A stretch of 46,098 nt of DNA from Paraspadella gotoi (Eukaryota; Animalia; Chaetognatha), in NCBI GenBank assembly GCA_051294375.1, contig JBJCIZ010000698.1:1-46098 (forward strand), given 5' to 3'. Below are positions 1-10,753 of the stretch, piece after piece (the first letter of the stretch is position 1; each line of letters starts with the position of its first letter). Under the pieces are notes generated by a model, which was not told where the DNA came from, ran no database searches, and saw only the letters and a list, made by a program, of their open reading frames with translations. Position numbers and translations under genes: made by a program.

Positions 1-116
1 AAGAGCAGAGATTGAATGAAGAAAAAAAATACCTGATTTGCCGAGGGTCATGTGATTGTTAGTAGTATTTCGACGAAAGAAGAAGAAAAGACAAATATAG
101 GAAAGAAAAGAAAGAA

Positions 117-158
<42 letters not shown>

Positions 159-377
159 ATGTTTTTTTAACTTCAAAAGAAGACCGCCGCGAGTAGCTAA
201 CAGAATATCGGCGGGATTTTTGAGCTTGATAAACGGTTTTAAAGAAAAAATATCAGTTGTTTCTTTTTTTCCTTTTTTCACTAATTTTATTTGTAAATTG
301 TAACATACGATGAATAGCTAATAGGGTGTGGACTATTTTCGATCTTTTTAATGATATCATACGCAAAAAATAAAATG

Positions 378-428
<51 letters not shown>

Positions 429-884
429 TAGAAATATTACAATCTCGTGGATGCAATATTTTTTGAGTTCGGTATTTGGTGTGGAATAGCGCCATCGGTT
501 AATCGCGTTTCTCTGATTTAAAAAGATTAAAAATATTTTGTATTCATTTAATACTATTTGTTAGGTATTTGAATGTTGAGGTTATAAATAAAACTTAAAT
601 ACCTAATTGGTTTAAACGTTGTCATTTCGACTTGGGTTTGTGGTTGTGTTTTGTGGATTTCGGCTGAGATAGTGATGATATTGTCTAGAAAAAAAATTGT
701 TTTATAGTTTAAACGCTAACACATAGGATAAAATAATAAACTTACTTGAGTTTGTTCTTTTGTTTCGCCGAGGTGGTGGGATCGGGCGTGATTCTTGATT
801 GAAGCGGAAAAAACTTTCAACCGCTTCGTTTCGAATTGATCGTCGGTTTGGTCGTTTGTTGTACTATTCAAAATATTTAATTAA

Positions 885-1538
885 TTAATTCATTGGTGTT
901 AAATTAAGGTGTGAATGTACTTTTAAAGAGTGATTTACGGATTTTTGAAGTTTTCTTTGTTTGATCACGAGGGTGATGATGATGACTGTTAGGATCACGC
1001 AACCAGAGAATCCCGAAGCGGCTAATGCGTTAGAAATTTGGAGTGCTTTAGTGTGAATGTTGAGTTGTTGTGTTTTATTGTTTGGGGGAAACATTGATGT
1101 GTGAATGCGTGAAGTTGGAGTGGATTTAGCGATTACAGGGTTTTGGGTTAAATTGGGGATAAATTTGCTGGTTATCGGTGTGGTTGGGAAAGGTAATTCG
1201 GTTTTGTTAAGGGTTGTGTGTTTATCTGAATAAGGAACGGTCCAGAGTTCGGTAGTGTCTTCAGATCTGGAGTGAGAAGTGAGTTCGATGTCCGCGGTGG
1301 TTTTGAGAGGTGAAAGTCCGGTGCTTGAGTCATCAGTTGATAGGGAAAGTTCGGTTGTCGCGATGGTAGAGAGTAACGAGGTCGAAGTAGAGGAGAGTTG
1401 GCTCGTGTTTCTTTCAAGATTGTCCACAATGCATTTTAATTTAAGCGGATTTTGGTTGCAAGCGCTATATCGTTCCCATATTGATATCGAGCAAAACCGA
1501 GCTGCTGTAGCTAAGCAGATTATCGCTATTTGATTCAT
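885..1538 (-). CDS. Type I membrane protein: signal-peptide-like N-terminus, Ser/Thr-rich mucin-like ectodomain, C-terminal transmembrane helix (217 aa)
   Basis: Hydrophobic N-terminus MNQIAIICLATAA; long S/T/P-rich stretch with NxS/T sequons; hydrophobic GFSGCVILTVIIITLVI followed by basic KQRK. Confidence 0.7.
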   Translation of the reverse strand: MNQIAIICLATAARFCSISIWERYSACNQNPLKLKCIVDNLERNTSQLSSTSTSLLSTIATTELSLSTDDSSTGLSPLKTTADIELTSHSRSEDTTELWTVPYSDKHTTLNKTELPFPTTPITSKFIPNLTQNPVIAKSTPTSRIHTSMFPPNNKTQQLNIHTKALQISNALAASGFSGCVILTVIIITLVIKQRKLQKSVNHSLKVHSHLNLTPMN

Positions 1539-2149
1539 AGTAATAATTGTTTCTATATTTTTCCACGAGAAAATAATGATTCAGGAAAAAAAACGGAGAA
1601 AGGCAAGAAGCTGACTTTGGTGACAATATGATTTAATGAGGTGAAACAGTCTTTTCTTTCTTTCTTTCTCTTTTTCCTTTTTTTCTTTTTTCTTGAGATG
1701 TAGCTGATGTGTCCATTTAGATTTTGTGGTCAGACAAAATTATATATTAAGTTCTAAAGCTAGCTTAATCATAAGAATTGTTGACTCGTTTAGTTGAAAT
1801 TGTTTCTATTAGGTTAAATTGAAGATATCGGTTTAAATTTACATTCGTTTTTTAATCTATTTATTTAAAGAACTAAAAGCGATGTTGAAACGCATTGAAA
1901 ATGACATTTATTTTAAAAAGAATTATTATTTTCTCTTCTTATCAGTTTTTTCGGCGTCGTGTGCGATATAGGGTCGACTGTGAAGAATGGGTTGAAAGGT
2001 GTTGGGGGAGGGGTAGAGGGGTTAAAAGAAAAAAGTTTAAAAATTCTTGAATGAGTGTAGAAAAAAATGTATGAAGAAAAAATAATCTGGGTTTGGGAGT
2101 GTAAGTTTTATCGCTTTATCTGTTCTTGTTTACCTTTTTTGTCCCCATT

Positions 2150-2405
2150 TTATTTCTTTCGCTTTCCCTTTCCCTTACGAGCTCCTTTTCTCGATGTTTT
2201 GAATGATTTTTTGGCGATCGATCCTCCCTTAATTGAAATTTGATATGTTATAGAGCTAATATGTAATAAAAAAAATATTTTGTTTTAATTTTACCTTTTT
2301 CTTTTTTTTTCGTCTTTTGCTTTTTGCTCTCCTTTGTTGAGCGCCTTGTTTGGTTGCGAGTTGGCGAGCAAGGGCGGCCATGTTCAGATTCTCTGCTCTG
2401 TACAT
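2150..2405 (-). CDS. Small Lys/Arg-rich protein (62 aa, 2 exons), candidate virion core/DNA-condensing protein
   Basis: Exons 2405-2295 and 2227-2150 with a phase-0 GT..AG intron 2294-2228 give MYRAENLNMAALARQLATKQGAQQRRAKSKRRKKKKK|GGSIAKKSFKTSRKGARKGKGKRKK*. Absent from the ORF track. Function is inference. Confidence 0.55.
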
Positions 2406-2433
2406 GACCGCGGCCGAAAGTGGTGATTAAGGA

Positions 2434-2619
2434 TTAAGGCGTGATTGTGAGATTTAATTTAGGTGGAACTTGCCGATTTACGTGCGGGTGGTGGCTTTCG
2501 AGATTTAGAAAACTCGAAATTAGGAGACTGATCAACGCAAGAGAGAGAATGATTTTTCGAGACAGTTTTTGAATTCTTCTAAGGTTGATGCGATTCTCTT
2601 GTTGAATTTCATCCATCAC
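2434..2619 (-). CDS. Small hypothetical protein with one hydrophobic segment (~60 aa)
   Basis: Tightly packed after the protease gene; basic stretch followed by IILSLALISLLISSFL. Confidence 0.45.
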   Translation of the reverse strand: MMDEIQQENRINLRRIQKLSRKIILSLALISLLISSFLNLESHHPHVNRQVPPKLNLTITP

Positions 2620-2631
2620 GTGATAGAAAGC

Positions 2632-3165
2632 TTAAAAATGAAATTTTTTAAAAACATATCTAATAATATGATTTTCTATTGTTTTTAACGAGTAACGCGC
2701 AAATAATGATTTGAGGTTAAAAACTGAACTTATATTTTTGCAGTGTGATATTTTTACAGCATAGTATAAGGAATGAAAACCACAAGCTTGAGATTTTTTA
2801 CTTTGAGTTCTTAGCTTTAGATTTTTTAGATTAAGCGAGTTGTTAATACAAAAATTTTCAATTGAATTTAAAACCTCGTGGTTTTCATGAATCTTGTCTA
2901 AAGAGTCAATCAGCAAGGCGATTCCTTCTGGAAATGAAATACCAAGCACGATCCAATGTCCAATTTTTTCACTTTCTTGGCTTGAAATCGTGTTAATAAA
3001 CAACACTAGTTTTTGGTTAGTTCGTTTTAAATTTATATTGGTTAGTTCATCATGAGATAAGATTAGTTTTCCTTTTAAAACTGACTTGAAGCAGATAGGG
3101 TTTGATTTTAAGATTTTTTTTAACTCCGAATCAGAGGTGACCAAAGAATTTTTTGTTAGATCCAT
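2632..3165 (-). CDS. PRO: Adenain-like (clan CE) maturation cysteine protease, intronless, 177 aa
   Basis: His-Asp-Cys order: FINT...GHWIVL...LLIDSL...TQSKKSQACGFHSLYY, including the oxyanion Gln. Directly downstream of the major capsid gene. Confidence 0.92.
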   Translation of the reverse strand: MDLTKNSLVTSDSELKKILKSNPICFKSVLKGKLILSHDELTNINLKRTNQKLVLFINTISSQESEKIGHWIVLGISFPEGIALLIDSLDKIHENHEVLNSIENFCINNSLNLKNLKLRTQSKKSQACGFHSLYYAVKISHCKNISSVFNLKSLFARYSLKTIENHIIRYVFKKFHF

Positions 3166-3166
3166 T

Positions 3167-5232
3167 TTACTGGTCTAAATCGGTATCGTGAAAGACTAGT
3201 CTTCTACTGTCGATTTTGATTGAGCGACTTTGAGTGTATATAAGTATTGCGTTCAGGACGCTGGTTGTCGGCGCGTCAAATTTTAAATAGAGTTTAATAT
3301 TCCGAGTTGAGTTAATCGGTCTTTGAAGAACGTTATCCGTCGATTGGTTGATGGATTGTGAAAGTGTGAATGGCAGCATGAAATTTGTGCTGTAGAACAC
3401 TTCGCTTCCGAAACCTTTCGTTCCCTCTCTTGTCAGAAGACCAAGCAACTCTGAAAGAAAAAAAGATACGTGAAGGTTGTTGCACAAAGTTGGTTTTGGG
3501 TACTAGCAAAAAGTTGGTTCAAAGTTGTTAAAAAAAAGACCTACGCACCGATTGCATAGAGATACGAGCAGCGTCTGTTCCAGTCGTTGTCGAACATATA
3601 CCCTTCCTTATCGGCGCTCCCTCCGAGGTGAATACTTGGGATTCTTGCGTTGATTCCAACTTCAATCCATGCTTTAATTAGACCGTTTCTTGAAAATTTA
3701 AAGATATTTGTGGCTAATGAGCCGTTGAGCGTTGTATTCTTATGTAAAAGCAAAATAACAGAGGAGAAATCATCTTTTAGCGAAATATTTATGTGTTTTT
3801 CTATCACGCCTTGCTCTAAACTAAAAATCTTTGAGAATCTTGCCAAATACGAGATTTGTAACGGTTCCGTTGAAAGCTTTCTTTCAATTTTTTGTAGTAT
3901 GGATTCGCGGAGCAAGACAGCGTTTACATACAGCGTCGCGGCTGTAGGTAAAGGGGGAAATAAAAAAAAGAATTTTGTGTTAACCATCGCTAAGGATACT
4001 AGTAGTGCGACACTAAAATTCACTTTGGTTGGTTTGGTAGTTGGCTGGTAGGTTGGTTGGTCAGTCACTATCATGAGTACCATACTTGTCTAGTCACGTG
4101 GTCAATAAAAAAAAAGAAAAAAAGGTAATGTGGAAAAAAAAGTTTAAAAAAAGTAATTAACCTTTTACAACGAAGTTTGGTTTCAGTGTGGTGTCACTGG
4201 TGTAGAAATATCTTTCTCCTAACATTAAAAAAAATATTCAATGATTAGTTTACATTTTAAAACGAAAATAAAAACAAACAAAGTTTTTCTTACTTGATGT
4301 GAGATAAAACTGAATGCCAACATCGATTCCAGATGGTATTAGAGCTGACATACTCGACAAGGGAGAGAAAAATTGAAACCTAACTTTTATTAGATTTTTT
4401 TTTAATACCCTCATCGAACGACGACCCGCTCCATTTACGGGTACGTGTTTTGTAGTTGCTGTCGCACCTGTTCCAACTGTGACAGTTTTATACATGTCGG
4501 TGGTATCCTCATCATCCCCGCTTTCATCAGTGTCCTCGTCGAAAATCTCAAATTCCCTTTTTCGTTAAAAATCAGCTAATTAATTATAACAAAACCAAAA
4601 TCAAATAAAGTTAATCTCACCTCAAGAAAGTATCTCTCGACGCCTTTGAGTATTGGGTCATGTAAAGGACTCTCGCTATAAGCCCATAGTTGGTATCATA
4701 TTTTAAAAGTTGAGCTTCTCCAAGACATATCGAAAGCGATTCCACCNNNNNNNNNNTCATCGGGTTAATGGTTGTGAAGTTACGCATGTCCATGGTCATT
4801 TCTCCACCAGAGTCAGACACGACCTGAACAAAAAAAAAAATACTTTGATTTATATTTGACTTAGCATTGTGTTTCTTTAAATATAATTTATTTTGTTTAA
4901 AATAAATTTGATTAATTAACTAATAACTTGATTAGATATTTATTTTAATTAATTAAACTAATCTAATTTTATTTGATTTAGTTTCCCTCGAAAGTGAGGT
5001 CCAGAAAAATCTTTTTTGGATTCAGAAAAGCTGTTTTGTCGCTGAATCTGAAGGAGATGCTTCTCCCCCCCTTCTGAATCTCGACTGGATCTTCTGGGTT
5101 GACTCTCAGGTATGTGTTGTAGCTGATCCCGTCTTCTATGAATCTTTTGTCTGAAAGTAAAGAATCAATTTGGGGGGTCACAAATTCGAGGGGGGGGGTA
5201 AATTTTGGGATCGCTGTTGGCGGTCGAGACAT
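3167..5232 (-). CDS. MCP: Major capsid protein (Maverick double jelly-roll type), 6 exons, ~480 aa
   Basis: Approximate exons 5232-4987, 4823-4621, 4556-~4293, ~4218-4162, ~3942-3549, ~3451-3167; phases are consistent. Maverick MCP-like segments: SISFRF..FLNPKKIFLDLTFE, ALIPSGIDVGIQF, ATLYVNAV..IERKL..PLQISY and the C-terminus NIKLYLKFDAPTTSVLNAILIYTQSRSIKIDSRRLV. Intron 1 needs a non-canonical GG donor; there is one short N gap. Confidence 0.88.
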
Positions 5233-5240
5233 ATTTTATT

Positions 5241-5534
5241 TTAGATGAAGTTTGAAGCGGTGACTTTATTGCTCTTTTTTCTGGTTTTTTTGCTGGTTTG
5301 TGGAGAAAGTTTTTCGTTGTTTTTCCGCTTTTTTTGAGTTTGTTGTTCTTTAGCTGCTTGAGTTGACTTCTTTTCGTTTGTTTTGCTTTTTGGTTTTTTC
5401 GCACCTTGCTTTTTCTCGGTTTGGTATTGTTTTTGTGATTCGTTGCTGTTTGATTCTAAGAGAGGTAAAATCAGGTTAACTAATTCACTGTTATTCGACT
5501 CTTGTCCGCGTGGAAAATTATCGTACCAATTCAT
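5241..5534 (-). CDS. Small basic hypothetical protein (~97 aa) between the penton and MCP genes
   Basis: MNWYDNF... followed by a Lys/Gln-rich tail; stop lies just before the MCP ATG. An upstream polypyrimidine+CAG suggests it may be a 3' exon. Confidence 0.5.
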   Translation of the reverse strand: MNWYDNFPRGQESNNSELVNLILPLLESNSNESQKQYQTEKKQGAKKPKSKTNEKKSTQAAKEQQTQKKRKNNEKLSPQTSKKTRKKSNKVTASNFI

Positions 5535-5663
5535 TATAGTCTGTGAAAAAAAAGGACAAAGAAACAAGAACAAAAATAGCATAGCACAATTTAAGGGATT
5601 TTTTATGTTTTTTCCTTATTGTTTTATAAAAATAAAGAAAAAAACTGTAAATCTGAAAATTGT

Positions 5664-7217
5664 TTAAAGTTCCTCGATTGGCGATGGTCTGATACAAAGT
5701 GTTAAATCANNNNNNNNNNTAGGTTGGAAATAAACTCTTGAAAAAGACTCATCAAGAATTATAAGTTGAAACGCGCTGAAGAAGTTCTTTGCCCGCTTAA
5801 CCCTGTGGAACGTGCGATCCGAAGGTGATGGGTTTGATCGACAAATAAACCTTCTTGATTTATCATCCTGGGTCACTGGGTGAATGTGAAATATGTTTAA
5901 ATGTTCAAACTCAGTGTTTTTAAGACGGAGGTCTTGATGGTGACATTGATTATGAGTCAGGTCGGTTAAGAAATAAAGAATATGTGGATTAGGTGTAACA
6001 AGCGAGGGTAGCGACTGGTTTTGGTGATTGATATCATTGGTTGTTGTAGGTTCTGGTTGTTGTTTTTCTAAATTATTTTTTATTGTTATTGACACTTTTT
6101 TCTTCCTCTCTCCCCCAAGGACTTGTGACGTTTTTGTGTCAAAGAGTATCTTTATTTGGAATTGGGTGTTGATTTTTAACAGATTGTTAAAATGGAAGAT
6201 AAAGTCGCACTTGTGCGTTTCCTCGTTTAATTTCAATTCAATATAAGAATGTTTTATTTTGCTTTTCTCCTTGTTGATTGTTGATTTTATCATCTTAGCC
6301 AACGCTATCAAATCTTGATTCATTTTTTGGGTGTTTTTTAAGTTGTCTTGACTTTCGCTAGTTACCACCGCTTCATCTGTGATGATTAGAATTCCAGATT
6401 TACTGAGCCAGTTGATTATATTCTGAGTTAAGATATTGTTTTTTGAGGTCGAAGGGGTTGTATCCACTTTGGAAAATTTTTGATTGTGAAAGGATTGGAA
6501 ATCTATTATCTTAACAATGGTCGATTTTCTCTCTGAGATTGGTTTAAAATATGACGAGTCTTTTAATAGCAAGTTTTCCTTTTCCTCAGTCATTACCGAA
6601 CCAGGATCATATTGCCACTCTGACTTGTTGTTGTTGTTGTTGTTGTTCCTTAAAAGGTATGTGTCAATGACTTTGCGCATTACCTCTCTCGTGTAGACAG
6701 AGCAGTCAAGATAAAAATTTATTAAAGCGATATCATTTGTTGAAAAATTATTTGATGGTTCGTGTTTTATATTGTTTCTTAGAATGTCACAATCAGTGAT
6801 TATTGGGAGCAAGCGAGTAAGTATATATCTGTCGAGATTTTTAGTTAAAAAGCTGTTTAAAAAGTTGATAGCTATTTTTCGGTCGGGTGTGGAGAATTGA
6901 GGTACTGTGACATCGATTGTAGACAGATTTAAGGGTGTGATATCATTAGGAGTTATAACCAGGTTGGGTCTGGCGATTTGTTCAGGAACAGTTAGATTTA
7001 TTGAAATAGGCTCCAATCCTGAGAATGATAACGGTAAGTTGCTGATGCTGATATTTTCAGCCGCCAGTTCAGCAATTAAACTCTTCATGTAAAGTATTTG
7101 TTCATTTAAGTTCACTTGAGAATTAAGCAGTAGATGAAGATTACCCGCTGAAGATATCATTGACACTGAAGAATTTTCGATTTCTCTGTTAGAGACGTTT
7201 AGCATGTAGATGCTCAT
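5664..7217 (-). CDS. Minor capsid/penton-like protein (517 aa, longer than usual)
   Basis: Sits between integrase and MCP. Penton-like termini: N-terminal IYMLNVSN and ISISNLP; C-terminal HILYFLTDL...FHRV...FQLIILDESFSRVYF...LTLCIRP. Confidence 0.72.
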   Translation of the reverse strand: MSIYMLNVSNREIENSSVSMISSAGNLHLLLNSQVNLNEQILYMKSLIAELAAENISISNLPLSFSGLEPISINLTVPEQIARPNLVITPNDITPLNLSTIDVTVPQFSTPDRKIAINFLNSFLTKNLDRYILTRLLPIITDCDILRNNIKHEPSNNFSTNDIALINFYLDCSVYTREVMRKVIDTYLLRNNNNNNNKSEWQYDPGSVMTEEKENLLLKDSSYFKPISERKSTIVKIIDFQSFHNQKFSKVDTTPSTSKNNILTQNIINWLSKSGILIITDEAVVTSESQDNLKNTQKMNQDLIALAKMIKSTINKEKSKIKHSYIELKLNEETHKCDFIFHFNNLLKINTQFQIKILFDTKTSQVLGGERKKKVSITIKNNLEKQQPEPTTTNDINHQNQSLPSLVTPNPHILYFLTDLTHNQCHHQDLRLKNTEFEHLNIFHIHPVTQDDKSRRFICRSNPSPSDRTFHRVKRAKNFFSAFQLIILDESFSRVYFQPXXXXDLTLCIRPSPIEEL

Positions 7218-7228
7218 TTTTAAAAAAA

Positions 7229-8887
7229 TTAAATTATGTAATTTTTCTTTAAGTGGTTTTTAAAGTTATCACTGTAGCTCAAAATGCCTTTTCCAAACAA
7301 TCGCACAAAGGATTTTAAAGTCTCTGGTGATGCTTTTTCTCGGTTTCCTGACTTTTCTATCTCATAAACAATTTTTTCTCTGCCTTTTATAGTTTTACCG
7401 CTTCTCAAAGAGGTTGTATTATCGCTTATGATTTCCACGTCAAGAACCTTGATCGTCTCACTAGCGTTGGGTAAGGTGGATTGCTTGATTGTTTCTGATG
7501 CTTTTGTCTTGTCCTCATTCGAAAAATAATCCTCATATACTTTTGTGAGTTCGAAAGCATAGAAAAATCTGTGTTTTGACGAATCTATTTCTTTCAGGGT
7601 GTACCTAAATGGGTAGTACTTTGTATCTATTTTTTCGATGGTGTAAATTTTTTTAGAATATCGTGGATACAGAATTGACACTTCCTTTGTAATTTTAGGT
7701 TTTACAAGTTGAAGTAGGACTTTATCCCCAATTTGAAGTTTTTGTTGCTCTGGTAGTTTACGATAAATATTTTCCGCGATCTCTTGATGTCTGAAAAACT
7801 TTTTGAGTCGTTCCTTCGTGACAATGTGGTCAATGTGACTATCAAACTGTATTTCAAGAGGGGAATATCCACAACCAAAAGTTGATGATTTTCTATTGTT
7901 GTAGGTATTTTGGACAATCTAAATTTACAAAAAGGAAAAGAAAACCCAAAATTATTCATTTTTCTCTCTTTTAGGTTGAGGTGAATAACAATATGAATTA
8001 TCAGTTTACCTTGATTATGTGTCGGTAATCAAAAGTCTTAAACTCTAATAAGTAAGCAAAAAAAAGTTGTTTCACTGTGAATGGTGATAACAACTAACGT
8101 TATTTAAAATAAAAACAAAATAATACAAAAATATTTGATCGTCAAAAAATCATAACGCTAACCTGTTCGAATGCAGCGTTCAACCAATGAAATTTTTGGA
8201 CTTGTACTTGTTGATACAACATATTTAACGATATTAAACTCTTCCTTTAAATGTAATAAAAACGAAGCCTTAAATTCGCTCCCGCTGATATAAACAAAAG
8301 GCTTAAATCATTTTACAATATATTAGGATTTAAAAAAAAAGACTAACCGATCAGAGGCGAAAAATTTGTAGTCAGGGTAGTTGAATTCTTTAAGACATAT
8401 CCTAAGACTCTTCAGAGTTGAGCTTGCCTTAGCATCCTTTTGTAAATTCAGTGAAACTGCTCGCGAGTGAGCATCCATTAGGACGCATATTACCTTTTTT
8501 AAAAAAACAAGTAATGTATTGTCGTTTTTGTTTTATATTTACTTTTATATATATTTAATTAACCTGAAAACCTCCATTATAACGTTTTATCTGTGGTAAA
8601 AAAGCAAGGTCCCCAGCTAAGATCTTCCCCGATTGGTAAGTTAAATAGGGTCGAAATGAAAATGGTCGCTTTCCACCGAGTCTACGTTGTTGTTTGGCGC
8701 GACTTAATGATTCGATATGGCGCTTGAATGCATATATATCTTGAATTGTTACATGTGTCAAAAGAGCATGACGTTTTGCTTTGGTGTAAATTTCTTTGAC
8801 ACTTTTTTGTAAAAAAATTTCACTGCCTGGTGTTCTATAAAGATCCCTTAACAGGCGAATTGTGTTTTTTTGTTTCTCAGTCGCCAT
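7229..8887 (-). CDS. INT: Retroviral-type (RVE) integrase, 5 exons
   Basis: Spliced product: ILAGDLAFL...GGFQ|VICVLMDAHSR...FFASDR|GSEFK...KISLVERCIRT|VKQ...IIK|IVQNTYNNRKSS...SPLE...KLQIGDKV...PRYSKKIYTI. Exactly 35 residues lie between the second Asp and the Glu (DD35E). All four introns are GT..AG with matching phases. Confidence 0.93.
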
Positions 8888-8983
8888 CTTAAAAAAAAGG
8901 GAAAAAAAGAATTCAAACAAATTATAATATAAAAAAAAAGAGGGTGAGTGGTGAAAAGAGAGAGAGAGAGAGAGAGGCAATAG

Positions 8984-10276
8984 TTATTTTCTTTTTATAC
9001 AGATACTCCGTATCGCTAAGCATGGAATGTCTTTGGGTTTCAGGTTTGAGCGAGAGTAAATTTCTGAAAGAAGCATTTTCTCTTTTGTTGAAAAAGGAGT
9101 AACGAGTCCATCTGCGCTGTGATACGTTAAAAACTTGAACAATTCATTTCGCGAGAGTGAAAAAGAAGCAATAATTTTGATCATCAGCATTTGAGCTTTT
9201 TCCTTTCCATTTTTATCTACGAAGGTGAGTGAATCGCTTCTTTGCTTGATTTTTTTATCTTTAGAGTTTGCGAGCACCTTCAAGATTTGATCCGCGCAAT
9301 GCTTTATTCTCCTTTTCGCGAATCCATCAAGCGTATCCGCATTTGCCTTAAAAGTCTGGATGATGTCGTTGGCGGCAATACTTGGTCTCTTTACACTTAG
9401 TTTATATCTTCTTGATGACTTGGTATTGAGATTTTCTTTCGAGTCATCGCTTAAGGCTTTCTCCTCCTCCTCCTCCTCTTCCTCCTCTCCCCCTTCCTCA
9501 TACTCTTCTTCCTCATCCTCCTCCTCTCTCATCTCCACCTCCTCATCATCCTCATTTTCTCCCACACCCCCATTTCCGCTGGAATCGTCTTCTCCGTCAA
9601 CCTCGAGCTCTCCGTCTTCGCTTTCCTCGTCGCTTGGGTCAGCATCGTTATTTCCATCTGACGATGGGAGAGAGCTATATTCACTGTCGTTATCGCTCTC
9701 AGGCATTCTAGTTTCACTTTCGTTTCGATTTCGCGGTGGTTTCGCGTCATTGTCCCCTTGTCCGGCGCCAGAGAGATGGGGGTGATTGGCTGGGGGTAAA
9801 ACGAGTCTTTCCTTGGTTAACATTTGCCTTCTTTTCCAGTCGCTTAGTTCTGATCTTATCAACTCGGATTTGGTTTGGAGCGAAAAGTTTTTATTACTTA
9901 GAATTTTTTTAATCGTTTTGTCCAAGTCCGAGTTGGTTGTCTTTTGTTTTAACTTCATTCCTCCTTTTTTTTCTTTTTTTTCCTCCTTTCTCTCCTCCTC
10001 GAGCAACATCGCGCTAGTGCCGGGACTCACGTGATTCGGTTCCATTTCTTCACTCTTTTTAGCCTCTTTTTGAGTTGTCAGATAATTTTTTTCGAGGTCG
10101 ATGTGTTTCAATAATAATGAGATAATCCTTAGAAGATCGAACTGATGTATGAGGAAATGCCTGGGAAAAAAAGAAAAACAGAGATGTAGGAGGAGGGTGA
10201 GAGCTACAGTATAGAAAAGTAAGGCGATAAATTTTGTACAGGTATCCAATTTTATTCTTAAAAATAATTTTTTCAA
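8984..10276 (-). CDS. Acidic low-complexity Maverick accessory protein; 5' end uncertain (probably spliced, or starting at MEPNH)
   Basis: Long ORF with a central D/E tract. The segment LDKTIKKILSNKNFSLQTKSELIRSEL resembles, from memory only, a helical motif in the ORF that precedes integrase in other Mavericks. Confidence 0.65.
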   Translation of the reverse strand: MKKLFLRIKLDTCTKFIALLFYTVALTLLLHLCFSFFPRHFLIHQFDLLRIISLLLKHIDLEKNYLTTQKEAKKSEEMEPNHVSPGTSAMLLEEERKEEKKEKKGGMKLKQKTTNSDLDKTIKKILSNKNFSLQTKSELIRSELSDWKRRQMLTKERLVLPPANHPHLSGAGQGDNDAKPPRNRNESETRMPESDNDSEYSSLPSSDGNNDADPSDEESEDGELEVDGEDDSSGNGGVGENEDDEEVEMREEEDEEEEYEEGGEEEEEEEEEKALSDDSKENLNTKSSRRYKLSVKRPSIAANDIIQTFKANADTLDGFAKRRIKHCADQILKVLANSKDKKIKQRSDSLTFVDKNGKEKAQMLMIKIIASFSLSRNELFKFLTYHSADGLVTPFSTKEKMLLSEIYSRSNLKPKDIPCLAIRSICIKRK

Positions 10277-10753
10277 ACTATTTCATATCTTAAAAATAAA
10301 TAAAATAATAAAATAAGATCGATTTTATCCTACCGAGATAATAGAGAATCTCACTAGTTTTTCTTTCTTTCTTTCTTTCTTTCTTTTTACCTGTAGACGT
10401 TGTTTGAGGGTGACACACTGGTGTTTGCTGTCGTCGTTGTTGTTTCTTGCAGGTCTTTTCTTAGTAACCTGAGTCTATTCTCGTTTTCTTCGTCTAGCAT
10501 TTTGTTTTGGGTTTTTTTGCCCCCTTTCTCTCATCGAGATAAAATGATTTAAGACAGAATTTTTCTTACTTTTTTTATTTTTTCTTACTCTCAACTTTAT
10601 TTATTTTTTGTTTCTTTTATTTTGAAAGGGTTTATTGTCACACTTTGAACACAATGAAATTTTTTTAACACTCGTGAGAAAAAAAAACTGAGCTGGAATT
10701 AAAAAAAAAAAGAAGAGAGAAATGAACACTTTAGAGTCAAAAGTAAAACTAAA

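Noticed and set aside
55-80. AGTAGT at 61 as the left Maverick terminus
   Set aside because: The following bases do not match the reverse complement of the candidate right end, and the flanking hexamers (ATTGTT vs ATCATT) differ.
48-495. ORFs 48-281, 52-303 and 253-495
   Set aside because: They are translations of (GA)n microsatellites and A/T tracts.
9360-10034. Plus-strand Ser-rich ORFs (likewise 15841-16290, 21801-22283, 28591-29556)
   Set aside because: Antisense shadows of acidic or charged coding sequence on the other strand.
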